Source: Piromyces finnis finn (taxonomy: Eukaryota; Fungi; Neocallimastigomycota). Taken from it: 64,000 nt of DNA. Under the pieces are notes generated by a model. It was not told the origin of the DNA. It ran no database searches and saw only the letters and a program-made list of their open reading frames with translations. Location of the stretch: NCBI GenBank assembly GCA_002104945.1, contig MCFH01000031.1, positions 496,001-560,000 of the forward strand. The letters run 5' to 3'. Position numbers and translations under genes: made by a program. This document shows, in pieces, positions 11,613 to 22,645 of the stretch (position 1 is its first letter; each line of letters starts with the position of its first letter).

Positions 11613-14277
11613 TTTAAATTTTTCTGATATTTATGAAAATGATTTATTTTTGAGGTATTCTTAAATGATTTATTTTATTATATATTGAATTCTATTTCAA
11701 GAATAATAATAGGGATATAAAATAATGGTATAAATTGCTTATATATATATATTTTTTATTTCTATTGCTTAATGATTGATTATTATACAATTATTCTATT
11801 ATGAAGTGATTTAATTATATATATTTATATTGATTTTATTTTTTCTCTCTGTTATTTGTTTATTATTGCAATTAAATTTATATTAATAGATATTTTAATA
11901 GTAGTAATAATAAAAAGATTAGTATTTAATATTATTATTAAAATTGATGAAATTTCATAATAGATAATAGCTTACATTATATAATCTATTAATATTTTTA
12001 TTTCTTTTTTAAAAAACAATATCAACTATAATTTACTATATGTAACTTCTCAAGATAATATTAGAACATATTTTCCATTATACATACATTTAATTTAGCT
12101 TGCTTTAACTGGCAAATATTCTTTATATTTTAATTTTTTTTTTAAAATGATACTTTTTGTTATTAAAATTACATATATATTTTTTCTTTTTAATATTTTT
12201 TTTTTCTTTTCTTTTTCTTTTTCTTTGACGAAAAAAAGAATTATATAATGTTATTGCTGTTGAATTGTATATTATATTGTATATTACTAAAGTGTATTTT
12301 TTTTTTTTCAAATTCAAAATATGAAAAAAAAAAGGTATCAAAAATTTCTTTTATGAAAATGAAATGTTAAATTTATTGTTGTTGTTGTTGTATACTTTAT
12401 TTTTTTTATTAGGTTTGATTAAAAAATTTATCTATTCAATAAAACTTTTATTGTTCGTTGATGACTTTCAATAGGAGTTGATTATATGAATGATAAAGTA
12501 ATGAGTAATTATGTAATTTATTAAAAAATAATATTTTATTTAAAAATCATAGTATCAATTTTTTTTTTATGAAAATGACTTTTTTTGTTCCTTTTTTCTA
12601 TTGCTTATTCTATTATAGTTTTAGGTAACAATTAAAAAGAAACAAAATTTTGTCTTTTATTTTTTCTTTCTTTCTTTCTTTCTTTCAATTTTATTTATTT
12701 TTTGTTTTTTTTTAATGGTTTTGTTTATGAATATCTTTTTTAATTTTTTAATAAAAAAAAGTAAAAAAGAGAAAAAATATTAAAGGCATAACAAAAAATA
12801 TTTTAATATAAAAAAAAAAACATAACAAATAATATAATATATATTAGTTAATACTTTGTTATAATTAGCTTTATTTAATTTTTATATATATCTATTTATT
12901 AATAGATAAATTTTTTATATTTATTATATATATACTATTTAAATTTTTTTTTTTTTTTTACCTAATAATAAACTTTTTTATATAATGAAAATTTTCAATA
13001 GGTTGCCTATAGACTTAATATATAGAGTCAATTAAAAAAAATAAAATAACATAAATTAAATTGAATGGATTAATATATTAATAATTAAATAGAGATAAAT
13101 GAATTATAATAAAATAGAATAAATAAATAATATATAACAGAATAAAAAAAACTGATTTTCATAATATTTATTATCATATAAAAAAATAAATTCAATAATA
13201 AATAATAAACAGTATTTTAATATAAATTATTATTTATTTAATAATTGATTTAAACACTTTTTTTTATTTAATTAATATAATTCATTAGACCTTCATTTAT
13301 TATAAAACAAAAAATTAAAAAAAAAGGATGGAGTTAAAACAAATCTTCCCCCTTTAAAATATTAATAAAATAGAACTAAAAAATAATATCCATTATATAT
13401 TACCTTATTCCTTTTTTTTTTTACTTCAAAGTATTTAATGGTAAGAAGGTGAAAGAACGTCCTTTTTTTTTTAAGTAATGAATTGGGATAAAGTATTAAA
13501 ATTTTAATTCCATACCATTTAAATACATTGCATATACTACAATATAATTTTGTAATTATGTATTGTATTATACATTTATTTAAAGTATAAGGAGTAAAAT
13601 TTTATTTGTTATTAAAACCAGAAAAAATTCTCAAAGTTTGATTTATAAATAAATAAATTATAATTTAAATTTATATATACCAGTAATATATATTAATATA
13701 ATAACAGAGTACTTCATTTTATATACAAAAAAAACGTTTTTACAATAAATTAATTATCATTTTAAGTTGTATATCCTATATATTATTATATTAATTATTT
13801 GATACTTAAAATTATACAATAAATGTGATGTTTATTGCTATATAAAACTAATACAATTCAACATATATTAAATATATATTAGCAATAATTTAAATGACCA
13901 TATTTAAATTATCAATTAAAGCCACAACAATTAGCATGCATAATTTCTAATATATTAATTAAATGTTTAGGTTATTATTTGGTTAATACATAAATGGAAA
14001 AAAATAAATTAAAAATTACATTACATTATTAAAGTATATCAGACTAACAAATAATGTAATGTAATTTATTATTTTTTAATGTAGAAAAAAAAAGTGTGGA
14101 TTAAAAAGGTATTTTATCCTTAATACTCAGTTTTCATTCTTTTACTCCTTTTCAGTAATGGTAGAAGGATTATTTTGTGATACTATTTCACTGTTTATTC
14201 ATATTAGATTTTATTTAGTGTGTTGATAAAATTATTAATAATTAATGTATTATTTTTATATTAATAATATACAAATT

Positions 14278-14425
14278 ACTCATATTTATTTGATTATTTT
14301 GATAATGAATCATTCCTTATTTTAACTATTAAAAAAGTCAACTGTGATTAATAATAAAAATTTTTTTGAGTGATATTACTGCATAAACTATATAAACTTT
14401 TTTATTTATAATTCTCCATAATATA
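14278..14425. repeat. Array flank block type A, copy 1 (homologous to 15832-15990)
   Basis: Shares CTCATATT, TTATTTTAACTATTAA-AAAAAGTCAA and CATAAA-CTATATA..TATTTATAATT..CATAAT with 15832-15990. Confidence 0.6.
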
Positions 14426-14981
14426 TCTATTGCATTAATCTAATAATCATATAACTTTATAGTTCAATATAACCTTTATAAAAATTAATACAATATCCTC
14501 TTAAATTTATTAATTATCATATTTAATATATTAAGTCTGGTTTAGATGAATTATCATTTAAATAATATTGATTTTTAAAGTTAGTATTAATCCTTTTTTT
14601 TTTTTTTTTTATAAAAGTGTGAATAGTAATTACTTAATAAACTTTATAATGTTTTTTTTTTTAACTTTACTTGATATTATTTAATAAAGTTTTGTGTTCT
14701 ATTCAATATTATTAAAATTGTTAATTTTTGATATAAGAATAGAATAATCCTTTTTTTTTTTTAATTTTTCAAATATCAGTATTTTTTGATTTTTATTTTT
14801 TTTTTTTTCAAAAAATACTTTTTATTTATATAAACTTAATCAAGTTTAGTGAGAATATATATACTATTTTATTATATATATATTATTTCTTGTTGTTTTA
14901 AAATAGTAATAGCAATAATAACAACAATGAAAGCAATATTGTGATTGTAATTATTATTTCTTTTGGTATTTTTTTTTTTGT

Positions 14982-15605
14982 TTAGTTTGATGCAGCAGCA
15001 GCTTTTCTTCCTTGTATATTTTGGTAAATTTGAATAATGATCATAAGTATAAAAAGAGAATCAACACCTGGTATAACATCTATTTTAAAGTTGGCTTTAT
15101 AATAAAAGTTTTTTAAAGTAGAAAATTGACATATTAAAATACCATTTTCTTTTTTCTTTCCATAATAAATGCTACAATTTTTATAAAATGCTGAGCATTC
15201 AATTTCAAGTAATTCATTTTTTTCTGTGGCCATATTAAAAAATTCAATTTCATATTTAAATTCTTTTAATGAAAATTTGGAAGAAAAATTACATGTTATA
15301 GAATTTACTTCTTTATCATTTTTCATACGACTAATAATTAATTCATTTGGTTTGGTTAAATGTGTTTTAAATTTGCATTTGTATAATACATTATTAGTTT
15401 TTGGATCAAGATACTTAGCTTTTCCCTTTAATACATTATATTCATATTTATATAATGGCATATTGCTTACATCTTCAATAGTATGTTCTAATAAAAATTT
15501 TCCAGTTGCTTTATAATAATAAGTAGTTTTTTCTTCAGATACATAATCATTATCAATAACACATATATTGTTTGGTAATGAGGTTTCTTCGAAATCCTTT
15601 GTCAT
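14982..15605 (-). CDS. LURP-one-related / Tubby-C-like (scramblase superfamily) protein, array copy 1, single exon
   Basis: 207 aa. N-terminal strand 'ICVIDNDYVSEEKTTYYYK', 'IED' turn and the C-terminal signature FKIDVIPGVDSLFILMIII (V.PGVD..F followed by a hydrophobic helix), typical of PF04525. Confidence 0.8.
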   Translation of the reverse strand: MTKDFEETSLPNNICVIDNDYVSEEKTTYYYKATGKFLLEHTIEDVSNMPLYKYEYNVLKGKAKYLDPKTNNVLYKCKFKTHLTKPNELIISRMKNDKEVNSITCNFSSKFSLKEFKYEIEFFNMATEKNELLEIECSAFYKNCSIYYGKKKENGILICQFSTLKNFYYKANFKIDVIPGVDSLFILMIIIQIYQNIQGRKAAAASN

Positions 15606-15831
15606 TTTTATTTTATTACTTTTTTTTTTTTAATACTTTTTTTAAAAATTTTATTATTCTTTCTTTTCTTTTTTTTAATTAAATTACACTATTTAAGTTA
15701 TTCAAATAATCAAAAATAAAGTTTATAATTAATATATTAGAATGCTATTGAAAAAATTGAAAAATAATGAATAATAATAAATTAAATTTAATAGATATTT
15801 TTTAATAAAGCAATAAAGAATAATGACCTTT

Positions 15832-15990
15832 ACTCATATTCATTTGATGGTGTTTGACGAAAAATAACTCATTATTTTAACTATTAAGAAAAAGTCAAAA
15901 ACTAAAAAAAAAAAGTTTTAATGGTACGTCATAAAACTATATAGGCAGACCTTTTTTTTTATTTTTTATTTATAATTTTCATAATTCCAA
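15832..15990. repeat. Array flank block type A, copy 2
   Basis: Homologous to 14278-14425 (see motifs listed there). Confidence 0.6.
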
Positions 15991-16330
15991 TATATATATA
16001 ACATATAGCTTTAGTCCAACCATCATACAGTGCAAAAGCCTCTTTAATTTTTTTAATTTGATATAAATGATAATTATTGTTATTGCTATCGTAGGAAAAA
16101 ATATTAATTTTCAAAAAGAATGAAAAATTAGTTTTAATAATTTAGGTGGGAGAAGGAAAAATGTTGAATTGAAAAATTAAATATTAAAAAATTATATACA
16201 CTTTTTTTTTTTTTGTTGTAAATGTTACATTATACACAATTAATTTATTTATTATCAATTATAAATAATACAACTAAAGTAATTATATTTAATAAGCATT
16301 TTTTATTATTTTTATTAAATATATTTATTT

Positions 16331-16954
16331 TTAAAGAGTAGTAATGATAACATCTTTTTCTTCTTTAATACATTTAAGAATTTCAATTATAATTAAAAGT
16401 ATAAAAAGGGTATCAACACCTGGTACAATAACTATTTTAAAATCATAACTAAAACAGGATTTTGAAGAAGAAAATTGACATATTAAGACACCATTTTCTT
16501 TTTTTCTTCCGTAATAAATAGAACAATCTTTAAATGATGTTGAACATCTTATTTCAATTAATTCTTTTTTTTCTGTTGCCATATTGAAAAATTCAATTTC
16601 ATATTTATGACATTTAAATGAAAATTTGTCATTAAAATTACAAGTTATTGTTTGTATTTCTTTATCATCTTTCATAGAAGTAATAATTATTTCGTTTGGT
16701 TTAAGTAAATGTGTTTTACTCTTAAATTTAAATAATACTTTATTAGAATTTGGATCACATAGAGTACTTTTTCCTGTAAAACTGCTTGTTTTATGCTTAT
16801 ATAACATTTCGTTATTTGCATCTTCAATGTGAAAGTCTAAAAGAACTTTTCCTGTTGATTTATAATAATATGTAGTTTTTTCTTCAGATACATACTTATC
16901 ATCAATTACACATATATTACTGTTTAATGGTGTTTCTTCTAAATCTTTTGGCAT
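16331..16954 (-). CDS. LURP-one-related / Tubby-C-like protein, array copy 2
   Basis: 207 aa, colinear with copy 1; ends FKIVIVPGVDTLFILLIII. Confidence 0.8.
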   Translation of the reverse strand: MPKDLEETPLNSNICVIDDKYVSEEKTTYYYKSTGKVLLDFHIEDANNEMLYKHKTSSFTGKSTLCDPNSNKVLFKFKSKTHLLKPNEIIITSMKDDKEIQTITCNFNDKFSFKCHKYEIEFFNMATEKKELIEIRCSTSFKDCSIYYGRKKENGVLICQFSSSKSCFSYDFKIVIVPGVDTLFILLIIIEILKCIKEEKDVIITTL

Positions 16955-17274
16955 TTTATTTCTATTATTTTTTTTTTTAAAAAATAAAAAATTCTTTTTA
17001 TTGTTTTCAATTTTATTAATATATTTTTTAGATAAATTTTACCAAATATATTTGAATTTAAGACATCAATTTATTACTAGAAGTCATTGGATAAAACTTT
17101 AACATTAAAAGATTAATAATTGTGGTGACATAAGCCTACAGGCCAAAAACACAGGCAACATTATGGAGGCCTCTGTTATTTGAGCAACATATAAATTATA
17201 AGCATCGTAAAATAATATGAACATAATGTACATTAAGAGGTGCATAAACAGACCACCATCATTTTCAAAGAATA

Positions 17275-17440
17275 ACTATTCTAATAGATGGAAAAGAAAT
17301 GTATTGGGCAGTTAAAAAAAATGAATAAAATTTTAAATATACTTTTTTTTATAGTATAAAAACTTTAAAAACTATTATAAAAATAAAATAGACAGATTAC
17401 AAGATATAATTTTTTAATAGATTTATTATTTTATTATTAC
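17275..17440. repeat. Array flank block type B, copy 1 (near-identical to 20415-20583)
   Basis: ACTATTCTAATAGATGGAAAAGAAATGTATTGGGCAGTTAAAAAAAATGAATAAAATTTTAAATATA...TATAGTATAAAAACTTTAAAAA...ATAATTTTTTAATAGATTTATTATT is read directly at both sites. Confidence 0.9.
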
Positions 17441-17499
17441 TGTTATTATTGTTATTGTTATTATCAGTAGTAGTATTATTATAATTATTATCTATATTA

Positions 17500-17559
17500 T
17501 TATTATTTTTTATTTTTATTTATTTATTATTATTATTATTATTATTTTTTTATTTTTTA

Positions 17560-17620
<61 letters not shown>

Positions 17621-17664
17621 TATTATTTATTTATTTATTATTATTATTATTTTTTTATTTTTTA

Positions 17665-17701
<37 letters not shown>

Positions 17702-17850
17702 TATTATTTATTATTATTTATTTATTATTATTATTATTATTTTATTTTTTATTTTTTATTTTATTATTATTTATTATTTATTATTTATTTATTTATTATT
17801 ATTATTATTTTTATTATTATTATTATTATTTTATTTATTTTAATTTAATT
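17500..17850. repeat. Compound (ATT)n/(TTTA)n microsatellite between array copies 2 and 3
   Basis: About 350 bp of interrupted TAT/ATT repeats, followed by a ~29-bp tandem duplication (AAATTGATTAAAATTGATTATAT) at ~17867-17917. Confidence 0.9.
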
Positions 17851-17977
17851 GCTTTTTTTTTTTTTTAAATTGATTAAAATTGATTATATTTTTTAAATTG
17901 ATTAAAATTGATTATATATAAAAAAATTTTATAGTAATATATATTATTTTTACTGAATATAATATAAATATATATTT

Positions 17978-18583
17978 TTAGGAAGCTTGAATAATCATTA
18001 AAGTTTCAATAAATATCATAAGCATAAAAAGAGTATCAACACCTGGTGCAATATCTATTTTATAATCGCAATTTAAACAGGATTTTAAAGTATTAATTTG
18101 ACATATTAAAACACCATTTTCTTTTTTTCTTCCATAATAAAAAGAACATTTACTGAATAATGTTGAACATCTCAATTCAATTAATTCCTTTTTTTCTGTT
18201 GCCATATTGAAAAATTCATATTCACAGTTATATCCTTTAAGTGAAGGTTTAAAAGAACAATTACATGTTATTGTTTGTATTTCTTTATCATCTTTCATAG
18301 AAGTAATAATTATTTCGTATGGTTTATTAGTTAAATGAATATCACTTTTAAATTTGAATAATACTTTTTTAGTTATTGGATCACATAGAGTACTTTTTCC
18401 TGTAAAATTACTTATTTTATGCTTATATAATACTTTTTTATTTGCATCTTCAATTTGAAAGTGTGCAAAGATTTTTCCTTTTGATTTATAATGAAAAGTA
18501 TTTTTTTTTTCAGATATATATTTATCATTAATAACACATATATTATTATTTAATGGTGTTTCTTCGAATAATTCCTGAGTCAT
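17978..18583 (-). CDS. LURP-one-related / Tubby-C-like protein, array copy 3
   Basis: 201 aa; ends YKIDIAPGVDTLFMLMIFI. Confidence 0.8.
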   Translation of the reverse strand: MTQELFEETPLNNNICVINDKYISEKKNTFHYKSKGKIFAHFQIEDANKKVLYKHKISNFTGKSTLCDPITKKVLFKFKSDIHLTNKPYEIIITSMKDDKEIQTITCNCSFKPSLKGYNCEYEFFNMATEKKELIELRCSTLFSKCSFYYGRKKENGVLICQINTLKSCLNCDYKIDIAPGVDTLFMLMIFIETLMIIQAS

Positions 18584-18864
18584 TTTATTTTTATTATTAT
18601 TATTGTATTTCCAAACAATTTTTTAACCAGACAAAAAACCCTCTTTACCAGATTTATTATTATTCTTTTATTTTTTTTTTTAAAGATTTAAAAATATTTA
18701 ACTATTACTTTTTATAATAATTTGACTTAAACTTTATATAAAAAAGAAATATTTATAATTTGTGTCACCCTATATTATTAATCTCCTAATTTTACCATGA
18801 AAATTTTATCCAATAACGTATCAAAAAATAGTTTAACATTAGGAAGAACCAAGTTAATGATGAT

Positions 18865-18931
18865 TAAGTAAAGATGTGTAGGTTTTGGAAGGGGCAGGAT
18901 TCCGCCCCCTAAGACCTACAAATCCTTACTA
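18865..18931. other. GC-rich imperfect inverted repeat (~30-bp stem hairpin)
   Basis: Left arm TAAGTAAAGATGTGTAGGTTTTGGAAGGGGC, loop AGGATTCC, right arm GCCCCCTAAGACCTACAAATCCTTACTA. The arms pair through GGGGC/GCCCC, TGTAGGT/ACCTACA and AGTAA/TTACT. Confidence 0.8.
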
Positions 18932-19014
18932 AATTGTACAATGAATGTAATATATGCAGTCCACTTAGCAATAGAATGCAGTCCTTGTTTCTTTAAAAAT
19001 CATCCCTATTAGAA

Positions 19015-19190
19015 TTATTTTAATAGAAAGGAGAAGTGACCTCGGCAGTTTATAAAAAATGAATAAAATTTCAAATACCTACCTATCTTTTTATAGTATA
19101 TAATATAAGAATAAACCAAAATAAAATAAAAAAAATATTAAATAAACTAGATGGATAGATACAAAATATAATATTTTAATAGGCTTTTTA
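19015..19190. repeat. Array flank block type B, diverged copy
   Basis: TAATAGA..GGAGAA....GGCAGTTTATAAAAAATGAATAAAATTTCAAATA..TTTTTATAGTATA...ATATAATATTTTAATAG matches block B. Confidence 0.7.
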
Positions 19191-19320
19191 TTATTATTTA
19201 GTTTTTATCGAATTTTTTTTTATTATTCTATTCATAAAATATAATATTTATATTAAATATATATTATATGTAAATATATATTTTAAGAAGTAACAACATT
19301 TCTTTCTTGCTTGAATATTT

Positions 19321-19896
19321 TTAAAAAATTTCAATAATAAGTAAAAGTATAAAAAGGGTATCAACGCCTGGTGCGATATCTATTTTGAAATCATAATTAA
19401 AAAGAGTTTTTGAAGAAGAAAATTGACCTATTAAAACACCATTTTCTTTTTTTCTTCCATAATAAATAGAACAATAATTGAATAATGGTGAACATTGTAT
19501 TTCAATTAATTCTTTTTTCTCTGTTGCAATATTGAAAAACTCAATTTCACATATATAACATTTTAAAGAGGATTTGACATTAGAATTACATGTTATTGTT
19601 TGTATTTCTTTATCATCTTTCATAGAAGTAATAATTATCTCATTTGATTTAGTTAAATGGGTTTTACTTTTGAATTTAAATAATACTTTATTAGTTTTTG
19701 GATCACGTAAAGATCTTTCTCCTGTAAAACCACTTAATTTATACCATATTATATTCTTTTCATCTTCAACTTGAAAATGTATAAAAACTTTTCCTGTTGA
19801 TTTATAATGAAAAGTAGTTTTTTCTTCAGATACATATTTATCATCAATAACACATATATTATTATTTAATGGTGGTTCCTCGAAACATTGAGTCAT
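19321..19896 (-). CDS. LURP-one-related protein, array copy 4, C-terminally truncated (possible incipient pseudogene)
   Basis: 191 aa, ending IIEIF*. Out-of-frame remnants of the paralogous tail (KNIQ-AR-NVVTS*) continue to a vestigial TAA at 19283-19285. Confidence 0.75.
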   Translation of the reverse strand: MTQCFEEPPLNNNICVIDDKYVSEEKTTFHYKSTGKVFIHFQVEDEKNIIWYKLSGFTGERSLRDPKTNKVLFKFKSKTHLTKSNEIIITSMKDDKEIQTITCNSNVKSSLKCYICEIEFFNIATEKKELIEIQCSPLFNYCSIYYGRKKENGVLIGQFSSSKTLFNYDFKIDIAPGVDTLFILLLIIEIF

Positions 19897-19904
19897 TTTA
19901 TTTT

Positions 19905-19912
19905 TATTATTA

Positions 19913-19953
<41 letters not shown>

Positions 19954-20045
19954 TTATTATATTTTATTTTTATTTTATTATTATTATTATTTTATTATAT
20001 TTTATTTTTATTTTATTATTATTATTATTATTTTATTATATTATA
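19905..20045. repeat. (ATT)n-rich microsatellite immediately upstream of array copy 4
   Basis: Interrupted TAT repeats; source of the spurious poly-Y and poly-I ORFs at 19869 and 19888. Confidence 0.9.
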
Positions 20046-20414
20046 TATATATATTTTTTTTTTCAAAGGCTTTAATAATTTTTGAAAATTCTTCCTTTTT
20101 ATAGTAAATCAATTTTAGTAATATTCTTTTTTTGATAGATTTGCCAATTTGTAATTTTAATATATGAACCATTTGGTAAAACTTTAATTTTAAATTAAAA
20201 AAGATTAATAATATATGATGACATAAATCTATAGTTTAAAAACATAAGCAACGTTTCCTTTTTACATCAAGTATATCATTATGACGGCAGTTATTTTGTC
20301 AATAGGATTCGATGGGTCAAAGTTAGTGATATCACACAATAATACAAATGTAATATGCATGAATTAAGAAGCTTCCAGTTTCATAATCTAGTAATCACCA
20401 TTTTTCAAGGAATC

Positions 20415-20583
20415 ACTATTCTAATAGATGGAAAAGAAATGTATTGGGCAGTTAAAAAAAAAATGAATAAAATTTTAAATATATTTTTTTTATAGTATAA
20501 AAACTTTAAAAATCATTATAAAAATGAAATAGTCAGATACAAGGTATAATTTTTTAATAGATTTATTATTTTATTATTATTAC
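20415..20583. repeat. Array flank block type B, copy 2
   Basis: Near-identical to 17275-17440. Confidence 0.9.
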
Positions 20584-20750
20584 TGTTATTATTTACTTTT
20601 TTAAATGCAATTATTTATGATGTTGTGGATAATTAAAAAGGATAGAATTTTTTCATTTTTATTTATTTATTTGTTTATTTATTATTATTTAGTTATATCA
20701 AAAACTTTATAGAAATATATTATTCTTATTGAATGTAATATGTATATATA

Positions 20751-21350
20751 TTAAGAAGCAGCAGCAACTTTTCTTGCATGAACACTTCTAATGACTTGAA
20801 TAATAATTAAAAGTATAAAAAGAGTATCAACACCTGGCATAATATCTATTTTAAAATCGGAACCAAAAAAGGATTTTGAAGAAAATTGACCTATTAAAAT
20901 ACCATTTTCTTTTTCTCTTCCATAATAAACAGTACAATCTTTATTAAATGATGGACACCTTACTTCAATTATTTCATTTTTTTTTGTTGCTTTATTGAAA
21001 AACTCAATTTCACATTTATATTTTATAAATAAAGGTTTGACTGTTTGAATACATGATATTTTTTCCATTTCTTTATCATCTTTCATAGAAGTAATAATTA
21101 TTTCGTTTGGTTTAGTTATATGACTTATCACTTTGAATTTGAATAATTTTTTATCAGTTTTTGGATCATATAAAACACTATTTCCTGTAATACCATTGTA
21201 TTTATGCTTGTATAACATTTTATTATTTTCATCTTCAACGCGAAAGTCAAATATAAAGTTTCCTGGCTTGTAGTGAAAAGTAGTTTTTTTTTCATATACA
21301 TATTTATCATTAATAACACGTATATTGTTTGGTGATATTTTTTGAATCAT
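20751..21350 (-). CDS. LURP-one-related / Tubby-C-like protein, array copy 5
   Basis: 199 aa; ends FKIDIMPGVDTLFILLIIIQVIRSVHARKVAAAS. Confidence 0.8.
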   Translation of the reverse strand: MIQKISPNNIRVINDKYVYEKKTTFHYKPGNFIFDFRVEDENNKMLYKHKYNGITGNSVLYDPKTDKKLFKFKVISHITKPNEIIITSMKDDKEMEKISCIQTVKPLFIKYKCEIEFFNKATKKNEIIEVRCPSFNKDCTVYYGREKENGILIGQFSSKSFFGSDFKIDIMPGVDTLFILLIIIQVIRSVHARKVAAAS

Positions 21351-21913
21351 TCTATTTTATTATTATTATTATTATTTATTTAGTTCCAATAGTTTTTTGT
21401 TTTTTTATTTTTTTTTTTTTCCGAACAACAAATTGTCCAAAGTTACTGTTTAAATAGTTTCCTTTTTTACTTGTTTCAAAAAAGATTTTTTTTTAATATA
21501 ATTCATTACATTAAAAAAAAAGTATAAATAATATTCTTTTAACTTTTTAACTTTAATAAATGAATATGGTGAAAGTTTAATATGTTTTTTTTTTTTTAAT
21601 GAAGAATATAATTAATTTTTTGAAATATTAAAATTATTATTATTATTTGAAATATTCAATTTATTATAATTCAATTTGTAATAATTCATCAATTTATAAT
21701 AATTATAGTATATTCCTTAGTTGATAAAACTTTCAGATAAACATTAGAGGATTAATAATACATAGATCAAAAAAGCATCAATATTATTTCTTTCTTACAT
21801 TAAATGGAACATTATGGTGACATCTGCTTATTAACATATTGAATAAAGTTATTAGTATTGTACAATAAAATATATAGGGCAGTTAAAAATAAAGTTTTTT
21901 TTTAATATATTAC

Positions 21914-21919
21914 TATTAC

Positions 21920-21972
<53 letters not shown>

Positions 21973-21986
21973 TATTATTATTATTT
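21914..21986. repeat. (ATT)n microsatellite
   Basis: Pure ATT run of over 20 units downstream of array copy 6. Confidence 0.95.
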
Positions 21987-22020
21987 TAAATATCAATTAT
22001 TTCTTTGTAAATATATGTTT

Positions 22021-22645
22021 TTAAGAAGCAGCATAAATAGCAGCATTTCTTGCTTGATTACTTCTAAAGACTTGAATAATAATCAAAAGTATAAAAAGAG
22101 TATCAACACCCGGTATAATATCTATTTTAAAATCGAAACTAAAAAGGAATTTTGAAGAAGAAAATTTACATATTAAAATACCATTTTCTTTTTTTCTTCC
22201 ATAATAAATAAAACATTCTTTATATAAAGGTACAGTTTTTACTTCAATTATTTCATTTTTTTCTGTTGCTTTATTAAAAAATTCAATTTCACATTTATTT
22301 TAAAAATGTGAGTTTAACCTTTTGAATACATGTTATTTTTTCTATTTCTTTATCATCTTTCATGGAAGTAATAACTATTTCGCTTGGTTTAGTTAAATGT
22401 CCTACACTTTTGAATTCAAATACTTTTTCATCAGTTTCTGGATCAAGTAAAGCACTATTTCCTGTAATACTATTATATTTATGCTTATATAATTCATTAT
22501 TATTTGCATCTTCAACATGATAATCTGTCATAAAATTTCCTATTGGTCTATAATAAAAAGTAGTAGTTTCTTCAGATATATATTTATCATCAATAACACA
22601 TATATTGTTTGGTAATGAGGTTTTTTCAAATAATTTTTGAGTCAT
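22021..22645 (-). pseudogene. LURP-one-related protein, array copy 6, frameshifted (2-bp deletion at ~22296)
   Basis: ORF 22295-22645 stops at ...KLTFLK*. The paralogous sequence resumes in another frame (KCEIEFFNKATEKNEIIEV...FKIDIIPGVDTLFILLIIIQVFRSNQARNAAIYAAS*) up to TAA at 22021-22023. Copy 5 has AAA TAT AAA TGT where copy 6 has AAA T AAA TGT. Confidence 0.8.

Noticed and set aside
14050-14430. Possible seventh LURP copy left of the array, suggested by the homologous flank block at 14278
   Set aside because: No LURP-like coding remnant was found at 13000-14280. The block is explained as the 3' flank of copy 1.
15226-19774. Recurrent plus-strand ORFs inside LURP copies (15226, 16626, 19574)
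   Set aside because: They recur only because the underlying paralogous genes are similar; lengths are inconsistent and there is no independent coding signal.
14278-21890. Periodic conserved spacer blocks as a CRISPR-like array
   Set aside because: The period is over 1 kb with whole genes in between, in a eukaryotic context with no cas genes; this is tandem gene duplication.
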